From contig DF237419.1 in the NCBI GenBank assembly GCA_000708835.1, forward strand, positions 1 through 64,000: 64,000 nucleotides of DNA, written 5' to 3'. The position numbers and the translations under genes were made by a program. The stretch's first letter is position 1; each line of letters begins with the position of its first letter. This document shows positions 48,501-60,026 of this stretch, one piece after another. The notes under the pieces are model-generated. The model worked only from the letters and a program-made list of their open reading frames with translations. It did not search any database and was not told the origin of the DNA. Source of the stretch: Klebsormidium nitens (lineage: Eukaryota > Plantae > Klebsormidiophyceae).

Positions 48501-51426
48501 GCGTCGGAGCAGGGAGCCTGTGATGTCATCGTTTCTGAAGAACATCTGACCACTGATGTATACCACATTGTCATCACTAGACTGAGGCTACCCTCTGCTC
48601 CGGCCCTTTGCGTATTCTTTTCCTGCTTTTTCCCGACTGCCAGATCGAATCTGCCGCTTCTCTGACTGCACACTCCTCAATCAGCCAAAACTGGATGAGA
48701 CCCAATATCTTTACCTGACCTCTCGTCACTCACTCTTTTGCCAGGCCCGGTTGGTCCACCCCGACAAGAATGCCGGGTGCGCAAACGCGGGGGAGGCGTT
48801 TAAGTGCCTGCAGGCAGCCTACGAAACGCTGATCGATCCAGTCAAGAGAAAGGACTACGAAGACGAGTTGAAAGCCAAAGACATGGGCGAGCGATTTCAC
48901 AAAATGGCGGAAGAAGCGAGGAATCATTCGCAGGGGGGACGTGGTCAATCAGGGGTGAGAACCAGCTCTGACGGTGGAGCTTGTTGTCCTTAAGTTTCGT
49001 ACGTGCTGTTTGGCTGGTTTTCCCGGTTGTTGTGAGCGCTGGTTCAATCTGTGTGCAGGTTTAAGTGACTGTTTTGGATGTAGGATTTGGTTATTGCATT
49101 TGATGATGCGGGACCCGGCCAGCGGGTGGGTGTGCTCGAGGTGTGCGACCTGCATCAGAAAGGCACAGTTTCTGCCTTTCAGGAGTTGCTCTTTCTTCTG
49201 GACTGGGTCCTTATTAGCTATAAGTTGAGCAGATTCTGAGAAGCCCTTTCAAGGCGACTTACTCTGAACTGGCTGTGCTGAACAGAGGCCCCCGAAACCA
49301 TGCTAGCTGACGTAGAATGGTTTAACGTCAGCGCTGTCATCAGTATCCTTCCAGCACCTGTTCAGTTGGCCGCCTTGGACCGGCCTGCAGTCTTAGCACT
49401 ACTGTCTCCAGGGTTTTTGATATTGTGTGCTCATTCTGACAGTTACCTCATTGCGGGAACTTTATTGTTGTCACTTGCCCGTTCAGGTTCGGCGGCTTTG
49501 GCACTGAGGAGCATTTGTTGCAATGCTTTGGAGTTTTAGTATCCTGCTGTGACGCCGTCTGCTTTCATCTCCTCACCGCCGGCGTTCTTACGCGCGAGCT
49601 TCGACCCCTTGTCTTCATGATGCGTTGGCTTTTGCTCTCTTGCTTACGTTATCTGCTCAATGATGCCTATCGCAGGCGTCCCTCTGCGCCTTTTGACCCT
49701 GAGGAATGTGTTTACGACGCTTCTGACCGTCAGCCTCTTGCTGTCTTGCTGACATCATTTCTTCTTTTTCTCGTCACGCAGGCGTCCCCCTTTGCGAACT
49801 TTGACCCCGAAGAGTTCTTCCGCGAGAGCGACAGCAAGAAGGTGCACTGCTACCACTGCGGCGACTCCCACGAGTGGCTCAAAGTGGACCGCCCCAAAAA
49901 AGCCTGCCGCTGGTGTACGGTGAGGCATAGTTCCGCGCGCTTCCCCCGATTGCTTCTCTCCTTTCTATTGCAGTCGCAGTTGCTTCCTATCTACTTCAGT
50001 TTTGGCCCGTTTTGTGGCAGCCCGTTCTGGCGGCTTGATCTTGACAATCTTATGGTGCTGTTTCTGGGTAGGTTGCCTTAAGAAGGCCTGTCGCTGATGC
50101 GCGGTGGATGTCGGCCTCCGCTCTACTCATCTAAGCCCGGAAACTAGGCTTGGGGTCTGTTTATGCGCTCTCAAAGCGATGGGGCTGCCTTCTGTTATTC
50201 GCTGTTTGAGTGGGCTGTTGAAATCTCGTGGGAGATTAGAGGTGAACGATCTGCCGCCAGCCGCCAGATATAATGCAGGCGTTTATTGGGAGACGGTCTT
50301 TTTCCAGCCTTTGAGCCGACTCTGTCCGCCATGCTGCGCTTTTCAGTCCGCGTGCGCCCCCCCGTTATCTGCTCGTTTGCAGAGTCCCGTTGGCCTTACT
50401 TACTACTGCTAGTCTTGCTTTGCTGATTATTCACTTGAATGTGCGCATTCTGTTCTCCTTTTCACTCGACTGTGCTCAGATTGTGTTTAAGCCCTACTAA
50501 CGAGCCCAAATCCCGGTATTTGCTCCTTACCGTCCACCTTCTGCTCGATGTAGGAGTGCAACAAGTACCACGGTGCGGCAGAGGGTGACGGCTGGTTCGA
50601 GCAGGCTTCGCGGCCGACGTTCTTCGGGCTGTTCAAGCAGGAGGACCCGATGCAGGCCTTCTGCGTCGAGGGGGGGCAGGTCTACCTGTGCACCACGTGG
50701 GTCGAGTGCCAGGTAAGACCCCCCCAAATATCGCGGCAAATATGTTCGATGGGATTCTCCGACCGTCAGGAGTTTCGGACATGTCGGGATTGCTCGCTAG
50801 CTCTTCCCCGCCGGGTTTAACGAGGCTTGCATGCTGATACTGTAGTTGACAAGAACGTTGCTTTTGAAAACAATCAGGGCCGGTTCAGAAGCGAAGCATT
50901 GCTGCTAAGCGCATTCACAACGTAGTGAATGTAATGTAGTCATGCGTCTCAAACGCGAGTGGTCTTCGCATTGACGTTGAAGGTGGGTATGGTTTCGGAG
51001 CTCGTAAAGTTCGGGGTCAGGGTTGTACGTTGATCATTGCTGGGCGTATACGGAGGAAGACATTACCTTACGCAGATTTGGAAGTTCCAATACCCTATCC
51101 GCTCTTCCTTCCAGGGCATGGCCGGCCGGCCCAACACGCACAAGCCCAGTTTCGAAGTGAAGTCGGAGGGGCGCGGCCGGGGCGGCGGCGGGGGTGGAGG
51201 CCGCAGCGGTGGTCGGGGCAAGGGCCGGGGCAGAGGCGAGCCGGACCTGTCCGACGTCTTCGAGTCGGAAGACGACTTTTGGCACTTCATGGAGGACTTG
51301 ATGCGGCAGGGGGGGGGTCCCCCGGGGTCTTTCGGGCCTAAGAGCCAGGGCTCAGGGAAGGGGGGTGCAGGGAAGCCGAAACCGTCGAAAAAGCAAAGGC
51401 AGAAGGCGAAGAGGAACGGGTGGTAA
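45529..51426 (+). CDS. Membrane-anchored DnaJ protein with a C-terminal Jiv90-like (cleavage-inducing chaperone) zinc-binding domain, DNAJC14-like
   Basis: Hydrophobic N-terminal exons (45529-~45884, ~46763-46890, ~47132 onward). J-domain EVARII...AKRTYHKK|ARLVHPDKN...AGEAFKCLQAAYETLIDPVKRKDYEDE. Jiv90-like CYHCGDSHEW...CRWCT|ECNKYHGAAEGDGW...VYLCTTWVECQ|GMAGRPNTHKPSFEV. Gly/basic tail ending at 51426. Confidence 0.88.
49574..49820 (+). repeat. Two decayed upstream copies (~105-bp period) of an acceptor plus exon start in the DnaJ gene
   Basis: CGCAG|GCGTCCCTCTGCGCCTTTTGACCCTGAGGAATG (AG ends at 49675) vs the real CGCAG|GCGTCCCCCTTTGCGAACTTTGACCCCGAAGAGTTC (AG ends at 49781). A more decayed copy lies at ~49574-49608. 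Confidence 0.8.
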
Positions 51427-53268
51427 AAGGAGAACGGAAGCGAGTGCGGTTCGCGACTGTCGCTTTCATGTTGCGAACAGTCGTATGGCGGCAACAGTGA
51501 AGCGCAGTGGGGTTAATGGACGAAGCGGCATTGGTAAATGCACTTTGTGTGTCCAGAGTAAAACTGGGCAGACTTTGCACTCAGGCAGAAATCCTGGTTA
51601 AGCGCCCTTACTGAGAAAATTGGTTGCATGATACACTGTGTACCGAGAGTAAGCAAGTCAATTCTGCTTCATTAGCACCATGAGCTTCTCATCGGGTTAG
51701 CAGCAGTTAGCTCCTTGTACAATAAGAGGCCATTCATGAACGCAGCGCAATCACATGAAGAGCTTTTTCTTGTTGCGGCTACTTAAACTGAGGTAAAGCT
51801 TATACATAAAGCTGCAAGATTGGCGCTCCTTATCCTCGAGCTAAAGTTAGATGCTAAAGGACGGACAAGGAAAATTCGAGCCTGCTGAATTTGCGACCGT
51901 AGAAGTACCGTGTTGTCAAGCAACTTTCCTGTGAAAACAAGATCCAGAGTCAAGGGTCTACGAGTTAAAACCGGCGTATCATTGTTTTTCTCTCCCTCTT
52001 GAAAGTCTGGAGGCATGCATCATTGTGGTGACAGGTATTGTGATTGTTATGATATGAAAAGCATGCCTTTTATTGACGATTCAAGGAATCTTCCGCACTC
52101 TCATGCGGACTCATTCAACCACGTTGAGGGATCAGCGGGGCAGATGTATGCTGTAATAGGTCGTATACGTTGCATGGGTTTCAAGTTGGTGGGCCAGCAT
52201 GGTGGTCGCCTCGAATTGTTTATAATACTAATGTGTTGGTTACTAGCATGTAGTTAGTAACCAACACAATGAGCAATTTCAACAGTGACGAAGCTGGCAT
52301 AGAGGATACTGAGGGCGCTCGGGCCTGGCATGCACACCCTATAGTAGTTGCACCTGATTATTACTGGCGGCCGCGCGGACGCCGACGGCAGTCACGGGCC
52401 GGCCGCCGGTGCACACGGGTGAGCGCGTCGTATGCTTCTTTAGTGCGCGCTCTGCGCGCGCAACAACTGAAACACATACCTACATCTTGATTCAAGTTAA
52501 TCAAGATTCAAGGCTTTGCACAGGGCGCGCTCCAACAGGGCGCCTTAGATCCTAATATTGATTACACAGCCTGAGGCGTTGTGGCGTAAGATGTGAGACG
52601 TGAGGCGGTCTGAGTTCCACTATTTGCTGGTTAGCATGGCAATCTAGCAATGACTCCAGATACTTTTGAGGGGTACCTAGCAAGCTCTGATTGCAACGGC
52701 GCCCCATCCTGCAAACATGGAGCACATTCATACTAGCTTCTGCTCACACATCCCGTGTTTCATCGATTTGAAGCCCTGAAGTACTAGATTTGGGATTGAA
52801 ACGAGACAATGAAGCAAGCTTACACCAAAGTGGAGGCGTACACTTGAACTGAAGTTTTAGGGTTTTGGCAGATCCTCCTCCAATGTGAGAAGCTTACGGG
52901 GAAGGTCTTGCTATCCCTCTGTGGGAGCTCAAGTACTGCCACCTAAGAAGAAGCTCTGGTAGCACACCAGGCTTCAGCTTTTGTGCAGACCAAGTCACTG
53001 GACATCTTGCTCGGCACACTTTGTGTGGACACCTTGCAGCACCTTTCAGTCTCCTCTTGCGTGAGGAGGAGCACCTTGCCGCGCTTTCTGCGTTCCTCCC
53101 ACTTGGGACTTCTGTCCGCTTAGAAGGGGCGGTGTTTGGTTGCAAAGGGCGTTTAGAGGAGGCGCTTTGAGGTCGAGGACGACCCTAATTGTCGTCATCA
53201 ACACTGTCTTGCTATTGTAAGGTGCACGGGGGCCAAGTGGAGGCGCTGCCAGGGCGGCGCACTCGTAG

Positions 53269-56200
53269 ATGGGAGAATGGGTCATCGGGGCGTGCATCAA
53301 CTTTGTTGGAAGCATCGGCATAAACTTTGGGACAAACCTCCTGAAGCTGGGCCATAACCAGGTAGGTGCCGCAGAGTCTGAGCTACCTCAACTAGCAGTT
53401 GGTTCCAAGGTTGATGGCAGAGCTTAGAGGCAAGCCGTCTCGGGAACTCAATGCAGGGCAGAATGTTCGAAAGGGCAAGAGGGAGTGCCAAGAAGAGGGG
53501 GAAGGATTTCGAACATGGTGAATTCAAAGAACCCATCTTTGGGGTGATCATGACCTGTCATGTCGATTAGGTGTGCATTCTAACAGCCGGCCCAAGATCC
53601 ACTAAAACAGAAAGTGGGGGCTGCTCAGGTCTTTTGAAGAATCCCTTTGAGCCCTTGATCTTCTGCACGTTGCTCACAAGTTGCGAGGAGTCCCCTGGAG
53701 TGGTTAAGGCCTGGCAAAGATGGCGGGCAGCTAGAGCTCTCCGATTCGCTGCTGAGTGTGGCAGCTCTTTCCTGAGCTATTGGCACACCCCAAACCCTGT
53801 GTAACGAGTTGAATTACGACACCTGCCCTCCCTCGCAGCGGGAAAAGCTCGCGCGGCAGGAGGCAATTGCACGGGGGGAGAAGTCGGTGGAGAAGAAGCC
53901 CATTACGCACTTCCGTGAATGGCAAGTCGGTGAGGAGCCCCAGTCAGAGCACTCCCCCAATCTGGCTAAGAGCTCCTTGCGAGAACGGTGTAAACTGCTA
54001 CCATCCTGATGGACCACTCTTCCCCGCTGAATGGTCTGCATAGTTCGAATAGTCAATGAATGGGCCTTCTTTTCAAGGTGAAACCAGCCCCGCATTTGTA
54101 ACCATGAGAAAGAGGGGAGCTGCGCTTCCCACAAACCCCCTGCTCTCTTGATGTAACCTTTGTCTCGCTCAGCATGAGGACCGACGTTTCATGAAGGTGT
54201 AATGGATGGAAGTCTGTGACGAAGTGCTCGTCCCATTCTCCTGTAGGGGTCGTCATCTTCGCAGTGGGCAATGCGCTCAACTTCATCTCCTTTGGCTACG
54301 CTGCGCAGGTACTAATCTTTTTGCCAGCTGTCAGCCTTGATGCAGTCTGCAAACGGTGTCCTTTTGTGCATGTTAAGTGGTGTTTGTTGATAGTTTCAAT
54401 TGAGCCTATCCAACCGGCTTGCTTGTTCATTGAGAAAACGGACCAATGGAAAAAGCAGACCCCGGCCAGTTCCATCGAATCTCCTTGGCTGAGAACCAGG
54501 GGAAGTCAGGTTGTATCAGCAAGCTCGTAACAAACTGAACCATTGATACTAGGACGTGTGCCCTCAGAATATCTCGGGGAGTCTGGGTTCCTCAAGTAAT
54601 CAAATCGAGACACACTAGTGGTCGAAAACGGGTCAGGCTCTGCCGTTGAAGGAGGTTTCCAGCTCGTAAGGACTTGTTGAGAATGAGGCTCCAGCTTACG
54701 TATGCTCTTCAGAATCCAGCACTACGCGCACATCGCAACCGTCTAAAACCACTATTTGACTCCTCTTGCTTATCTGATCGTACAGTCGCTTTTGGCGGCC
54801 TTGGGGTCCGTCCAGTTCATATCAAACGTGGGGTTTGCGTACTTCGTTCTGGGCGAGAACGTCACAAATCGGTGAGAGTTGGGCAAAGGCTCCGTCTTGA
54901 ACGGGTGGCGCAGACTGCTGACGTTTGCGACGTGACAAGTTGTCTTGATACTGCAGTAGCTTATGAAGCACACGAGCTGTCGAAGAAGGGTACAAAAACT
55001 TGGTCGCTTCCTTCGTCGGACACTCCCGGATCTCCTCTTCATTCAAGCAGTGGTAATATGGATTCCTCTTGAAACGAGGCATATGAGCTCCGCTTTAACC
55101 AAAGAAGCTGGCCGTCAGCACGCTTTCGGGACAGCTCCCCACTCGAGGATCTCAGTGCTGACACCCCATGTCTTTGCTGTCGTTGCAGAATCGTCGTAGC
55201 GACAGCTTTGATTGTCGTTGGAAACATTTTCTTGGTAGCCTTTGGCAACCACGAGTCGACAAGTGAGTGACAACCGCAACCTCTTTCACAATGTCTCAGA
55301 TGGACAACATTTTGCAGATTACGCCGTTTTCGCGTCTGGATCAGTTTCAACAAGTATCGTTGTGATTTGCATCTCTAGGAGTGGGACTCACGTTTCTTCT
55401 TTCTTGACACTGATTCTTAGAGCCCTTGTTCCCTTACATTAGTACGACTCTATACTGGATTTTTCGGCCAAGTTCATAGTCCTTCAAGATCCTTTCCATA
55501 TTTTCCGGGTGTTCTTGCGTGCAGCTTACGGCCACGATGACCTACTCCACATGTACGAGAACCCAGTCTACCTCGTCTACTGCACGGTCCTTGTGTTGCT
55601 CGTGGGGGGGCTCTATTGCGTATACAGGTGAGCTTCCTCCTGAATCCCTTCGCAAACCTGTCAGTTATCTATGCAGGGCACCCATTGACAGTCACGTCAA
55701 CCGTTTCGATGTCCATGGTTCAGGCCGGGGAGCGAACACGCCGAACTAGAAGCGGGGGCTGCTTGTCGGTCTGATTTGCAATTCAACGGGTGTTGTACCA
55801 TCATGTAATGCAGCATAGTGGAACTTCAAAGCACCAATTGAGGTTAACCGAGTTGCTACAGTACGGTACAAGCCGTCCTTCCGTACATACCGTTGCGCAA
55901 CATAGGCTGGCTATACGCAACCCACGCACCGCCCTCCGCTATGTATGGTACAGGTTGCTTTAAATGGGCGTTACTGCGCTAGCTGCAATCCTCATCGGTG
56001 ATTAATCTGTGCGAAGCTCGCTGCTTCTGCATCGTGGAATCGACTGATGTCGTTGCCGGCCGCGGCAACTTCTCGTCTGCTTGAAGTGAAGTATGAAATG
56101 AACATTGCGGCGCTTTTGACGTCGTTGCTAAAATGAAAGTGACATCTTCAAGGCTCAATACGAGGGGAGCCAGAGCTTCATAGGGCGTTTGCGACATCCT

Positions 56201-59200
56201 GCTTGTTCCTTACGAGCTGAAAACTGATTTATGTAGGAACTCCTGAGGGTCATCTGGCTAAAGACAGGTACTTCATTACCAGTCGCTCCGTCTTTCGACA
56301 TCCACCGACCCTAATGAAGCCTGAAAGTGGCTCAAGAAGTGCCCGGGTGTCTCCCCCAACAGCCTAATGAGGCCTGAAAAGTTGCTCAAAAGGTGCCCGG
56401 TTGTTTCCCCCAGGTACGGCCTGAGCGTCGTGAGCAGCCGCAAGTTCAGCGACCCGACCATCCCGCACCAGTGGCGGACGCTGGTGCCCTTCTCATACGC
56501 TATGGTGTCCGGCGTCATCGGCACGCAGTCCGTGCTCTTTGCAAAGTCGCTGTGAGTCCTGCGTGCAATACGAGATCGATCTGTCCCGCAAAGAGGGGAA
56601 TGCTTATCGCTCTGTGTTATTTCCTTCTTGCTTGAGCTTGATTGGGAGATTGGAGGGCCGTCAGAGCCGTCTTCATCAAAGGGGAGTTTGCGGAATATAG
56701 GTTGATATGGAAACTCCTGTCGAGAAGGCCAAGTGAAACCCTTCAGGCGCTGCGCTTGAAGTGCTCTGCGCGTTCCTGTGGGGACTTACTTTGCGCGGAA
56801 GGCCTGAACCTCCGGAAATGACAGTCCAGATCAAATTGTCTCCCCCCTGGGTTGATAGTTTCTTGTGCTCGGAAGGGGGGCGGTCAGTTAGAAGTTAACA
56901 GGGCGTCAATTCCTCTTTGTTGGTCTGGTGAATCGTGGTTTTAACCAGTTGGAGCATGAGTCCCTTCTGATACATAGGACGTTAGTAAGGGAGGCAAGTA
57001 GGAGAGGACGCGACGAAGTGGAGCCACGTCATTGTGCAGGTCGGTTCTGATGCGGCTGACGATGCACGGCGACAGTCAACTGGACGGCTGGTTCACGTAT
57101 GCAGTGGCCATTCTCTTCGCCCTGACCGCGGCGTTCTGGGTAAGGCCCTGCATCGCGATCTGATCTCAACACAGTTTTGCGGTGTGCTGTGATAGGTAGC
57201 GAAAGCGGTTGCGAAGGAACCGCTCTTCCGCACGGCATTTTGGCTGGTCATGAGCTCGAATCTTGCTAACGGCAATGAATTGGGTTGTGTTGCCTCTTCC
57301 ATTGTCCGCTTGTTCCCCGTCCTTATCAAAACACGAGAGAAAGGCGATCCTGCGCTTTGCATTGAAGGAACGTCAAAGTCTGTACATGGGGTCTTCATGT
57401 GATGATGGGACTTATCATGGGACCTCTAATGCGACTTGTTCTGGGACGCATACTCTCACGGACTCAACTTTTCGTGGAACTCATCTCCTCTGTTTTCTCG
57501 TCGAAGATGGCGCGGCTGAACCAGGGGCTGGCCATGTTCGACGCGATGCTGATCGTGCCGATGCTCCAGATCGTGTGGACCTTCTTCTCCATCTTCACCG
57601 GCTTCATCTACTTCAAGGAGTACCAGGTGACGTCACGCTGGCGTCACCGAGTCACCAGCTATTGCGATGCAAACCTTTAGTGTTGGCAGTATCACATCGT
57701 TGCTGTGCCGACATAGACCCCTTTCTGCTTTTGTCTGCTGGACGCTGCAATTGCATAAGGGATGTCGTCGGGAAAATTGGTTTGGGAGTAATCGTTATCG
57801 CTTCCAATGGACGGGGTTTTGTGCCTGAGAGAGACTTCGCAGAGCAGGGTCGCTGCAAGGACTCAAACCACTTTCATCGCTTCCCCGCCTGCCTTTGTTG
57901 TAAAAAGGGCGTCAGGGGACAGCTCTTGCGGCGCTGGAGGATACCGTCTTTCACCTTGTTCACCCGTCTGTAGATCTAGATCTGATCATGAGAAGTTACT
58001 AATTGGTTCACTTCGCTCATTCTCGGGATTGCGGTTATGAAGCCGCAATTGCAGCCGAGGAGTTACATAATGTCAAAAGACGGCGAGAGACGACGTGGTG
58101 AACCGGCATTTCCGTTCGATGTCGTCAGCAGCCTAAAGGGATCCCTCGTGTCGCGCAGGTGTTTGACGGATTCCAGGCCGGCATGTTTAGCATCGGCATC
58201 TTCTTCCTCTTCTGCGGGATGTACCTCCTCGCGCCTAAGCCAAACAAAGGTGCGTTCTAACCATCAAGACCAGATTTGGAGACCTCCGGGTTTAAAGTTC
58301 ACGGTCTAGGGGATCATGGTCAAAGCCCAGAACTTGAAGCCATGTTTCCGGACGTCCGGCGCCTCCGTCAACGGACTTTCAGCTTCGCAAGAACGTGTGT
58401 CAGCCCTTTCTGGGAACTCGAGCACGGAGCGTCCGAAGCGCACCTGAGGCTGTCCGAACGCGCGACACGGCGTTTGGAGCCCTTCAACAGCGTACGAAAA
58501 ACAGTCCGGACAATCGAGTGCATGTTTAAGATTTTCAGTATTCTCTGGTCAAAGCCGCTTTGACCAAGATTTCGATTGCCCGAAATATTGTTCCATTCTT
58601 TGCCGACAGTCTATAAGGCGGGGCGCGTCCGTCTCTTTTCTTGCATCTTGTGCTGATGCCGTTGCTTTTCGTACGCAGTTGCGGCGGCAGTGGTCGACGA
58701 GGAGGAGCTAGAAACGCTGCCGCTGGTCGCCGATCGGCAAAAACCCGGGTGAGCCCGCGTTCGGCGCTGGAAGGTCCACGTAGCAAGTGTACATGGCCAC
58801 ACGTGGCAAGTGCAGAAGGCCCTACGTGGCTAGTGCACGTGGTCTTTCACGTGCCAACCTTAAACGTCCTTGACACTGCCCTAGGAGGGTGATCGATTGG
58901 GCGCCTGGATTAGGATCCATTTTACCTATCTCCAGAATCAAAATCTCCCTGTCTCTGTCGCTCAGTCTCCTTCCTCGCGCACTCAGCCCTCGTTTCGGTG
59001 CGACCGCAGGCTGTCTCCGGCCCCTAGCGCGAACTGGGACACCGAAGTGCAGAAGGCGTCCGTGCAGCCCGGCCTGGGGGCGTCCTCCGTGCACAAACGG
59101 CTCAGCTTCGGGGCGGCCGTCGGGAACACGCTCGACGAAGTGTCGTCCGGGGTTAGAGTGAGGACGTCGCAGAAGAAATTGGTTTTTTGAATTTGCGGTC

Positions 59201-60026
59201 AGCTTGATTTTGTCAATATTGCTCGGTTGTCCGCACATCCCGTCTTGGCCATCCCGAAACGCAACAGTAATCGTTCGTTCTTCCGAATGTCATACTTTCT
59301 CTGGGTTTTGGAAAGAAATCGAAGCTTGGAGAGAAACTTGCTTAAGTTTAGGGCCGAGCCGAGCTAAGTGGGCGTTCCCCAGTGTTTCCCGACATAAGAG
59401 CCAGAGAAGAGTTGATGGAAGATTAGTGGTTGCAAAACCCAAAGAGGGCAAGGATCCGGGACGTCGGTCTGCGAGCCCGTCAACTCTGACGGCTTTGACG
59501 GTCTTGTGGTCGGTGTCAAAGTTCCTCTTCTAGAAAGCCGTTGTGATCCTTTGTTGGAAAATTGGAAAATCGTACTCGTTGGGTAGTCGCGTGTAGCCCC
59601 ACCGCAATGCCCGTTCAAGGCCCGTCCGCAGTTTCTTCTGACCCTCGCCATCCCTCCCTTTCCGGGCGCCTTTTCTCTGTGGGTGTTCTCTTTTGATTGA
59701 AAGTGGTGCCTGCTGTACTTCTGGCCTCCCAGGTAAAGTCCTCACGGTAAAGTGCTAACGGTGGAAGTGTGAAACAGAAGAAAACACAGGTCTTCATCTT
59801 TTGTGCGCAGTCCGCATATGACGTCAGCATGGGCATGGGGCCCGAGTCGGTACACACGGGGACGATCTTCACGATGCCAATGATTGCGAGCTCGCGCGTG
59901 AGTTGGCGGCGGGGTGCCGGGTCCGGGGACGAGTGGGCCCCCGGAGAGGCGCACCCCGACTTTGACGACGAATTCGAGTTGCCCCTCAGCATCGAATCCG
60001 AGCCGTCCGAATGTTCGCTCCGGTAA
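53269..60026 (+). CDS. NIPA-family (DMT superfamily) probable magnesium transporter, NIPA8-like
   Basis: Exon 53269-53361 MGEWVIGACINFVGSIGINFGTNLLKLGHNQ. Later exons GVVIFAVGNALNFISFGYAAQ, SLLAALGSVQFISNVGFAYFVLGE, FLVAFGNH, PFSYAMVSGVIGTQSVLFAKSL, SQLDGWFTY, MARLNQGLAMFDAMLIVPMLQIVWTFFSIFTGFIYFKEYQ, FLFCGMYLLAP. Stop at 60024-60026. Confidence 0.92.
56310..56413 (+). repeat. Tandem duplication of the last ~52 nt of a NIPA8-like intron, creating two acceptor AGs 51 nt apart
   Basis: CCTAATGAAGCCTGAAAGTGGCTCAAGAAGTGCCCGGGTGTCTCCCCCAACAG (56310-56362) followed by CCTAATGAGGCCTGAAAAGTTGCTCAAAAGGTGCCCGGTTGTTTCCCCCAG (56363-56413). Confidence 0.9.
58776..58856. promoter_or_regulatory. Intronic cluster of G-box/ABRE-like ACGT elements (~23-bp tandem unit)
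   Basis: Five ACGT cores in 80 bp: CCACGTAGC, ACACGTGGC, CTACGTGGC, GCACGTGG, TCACGTGCC. The regulatory role is inferred. Confidence 0.4.
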
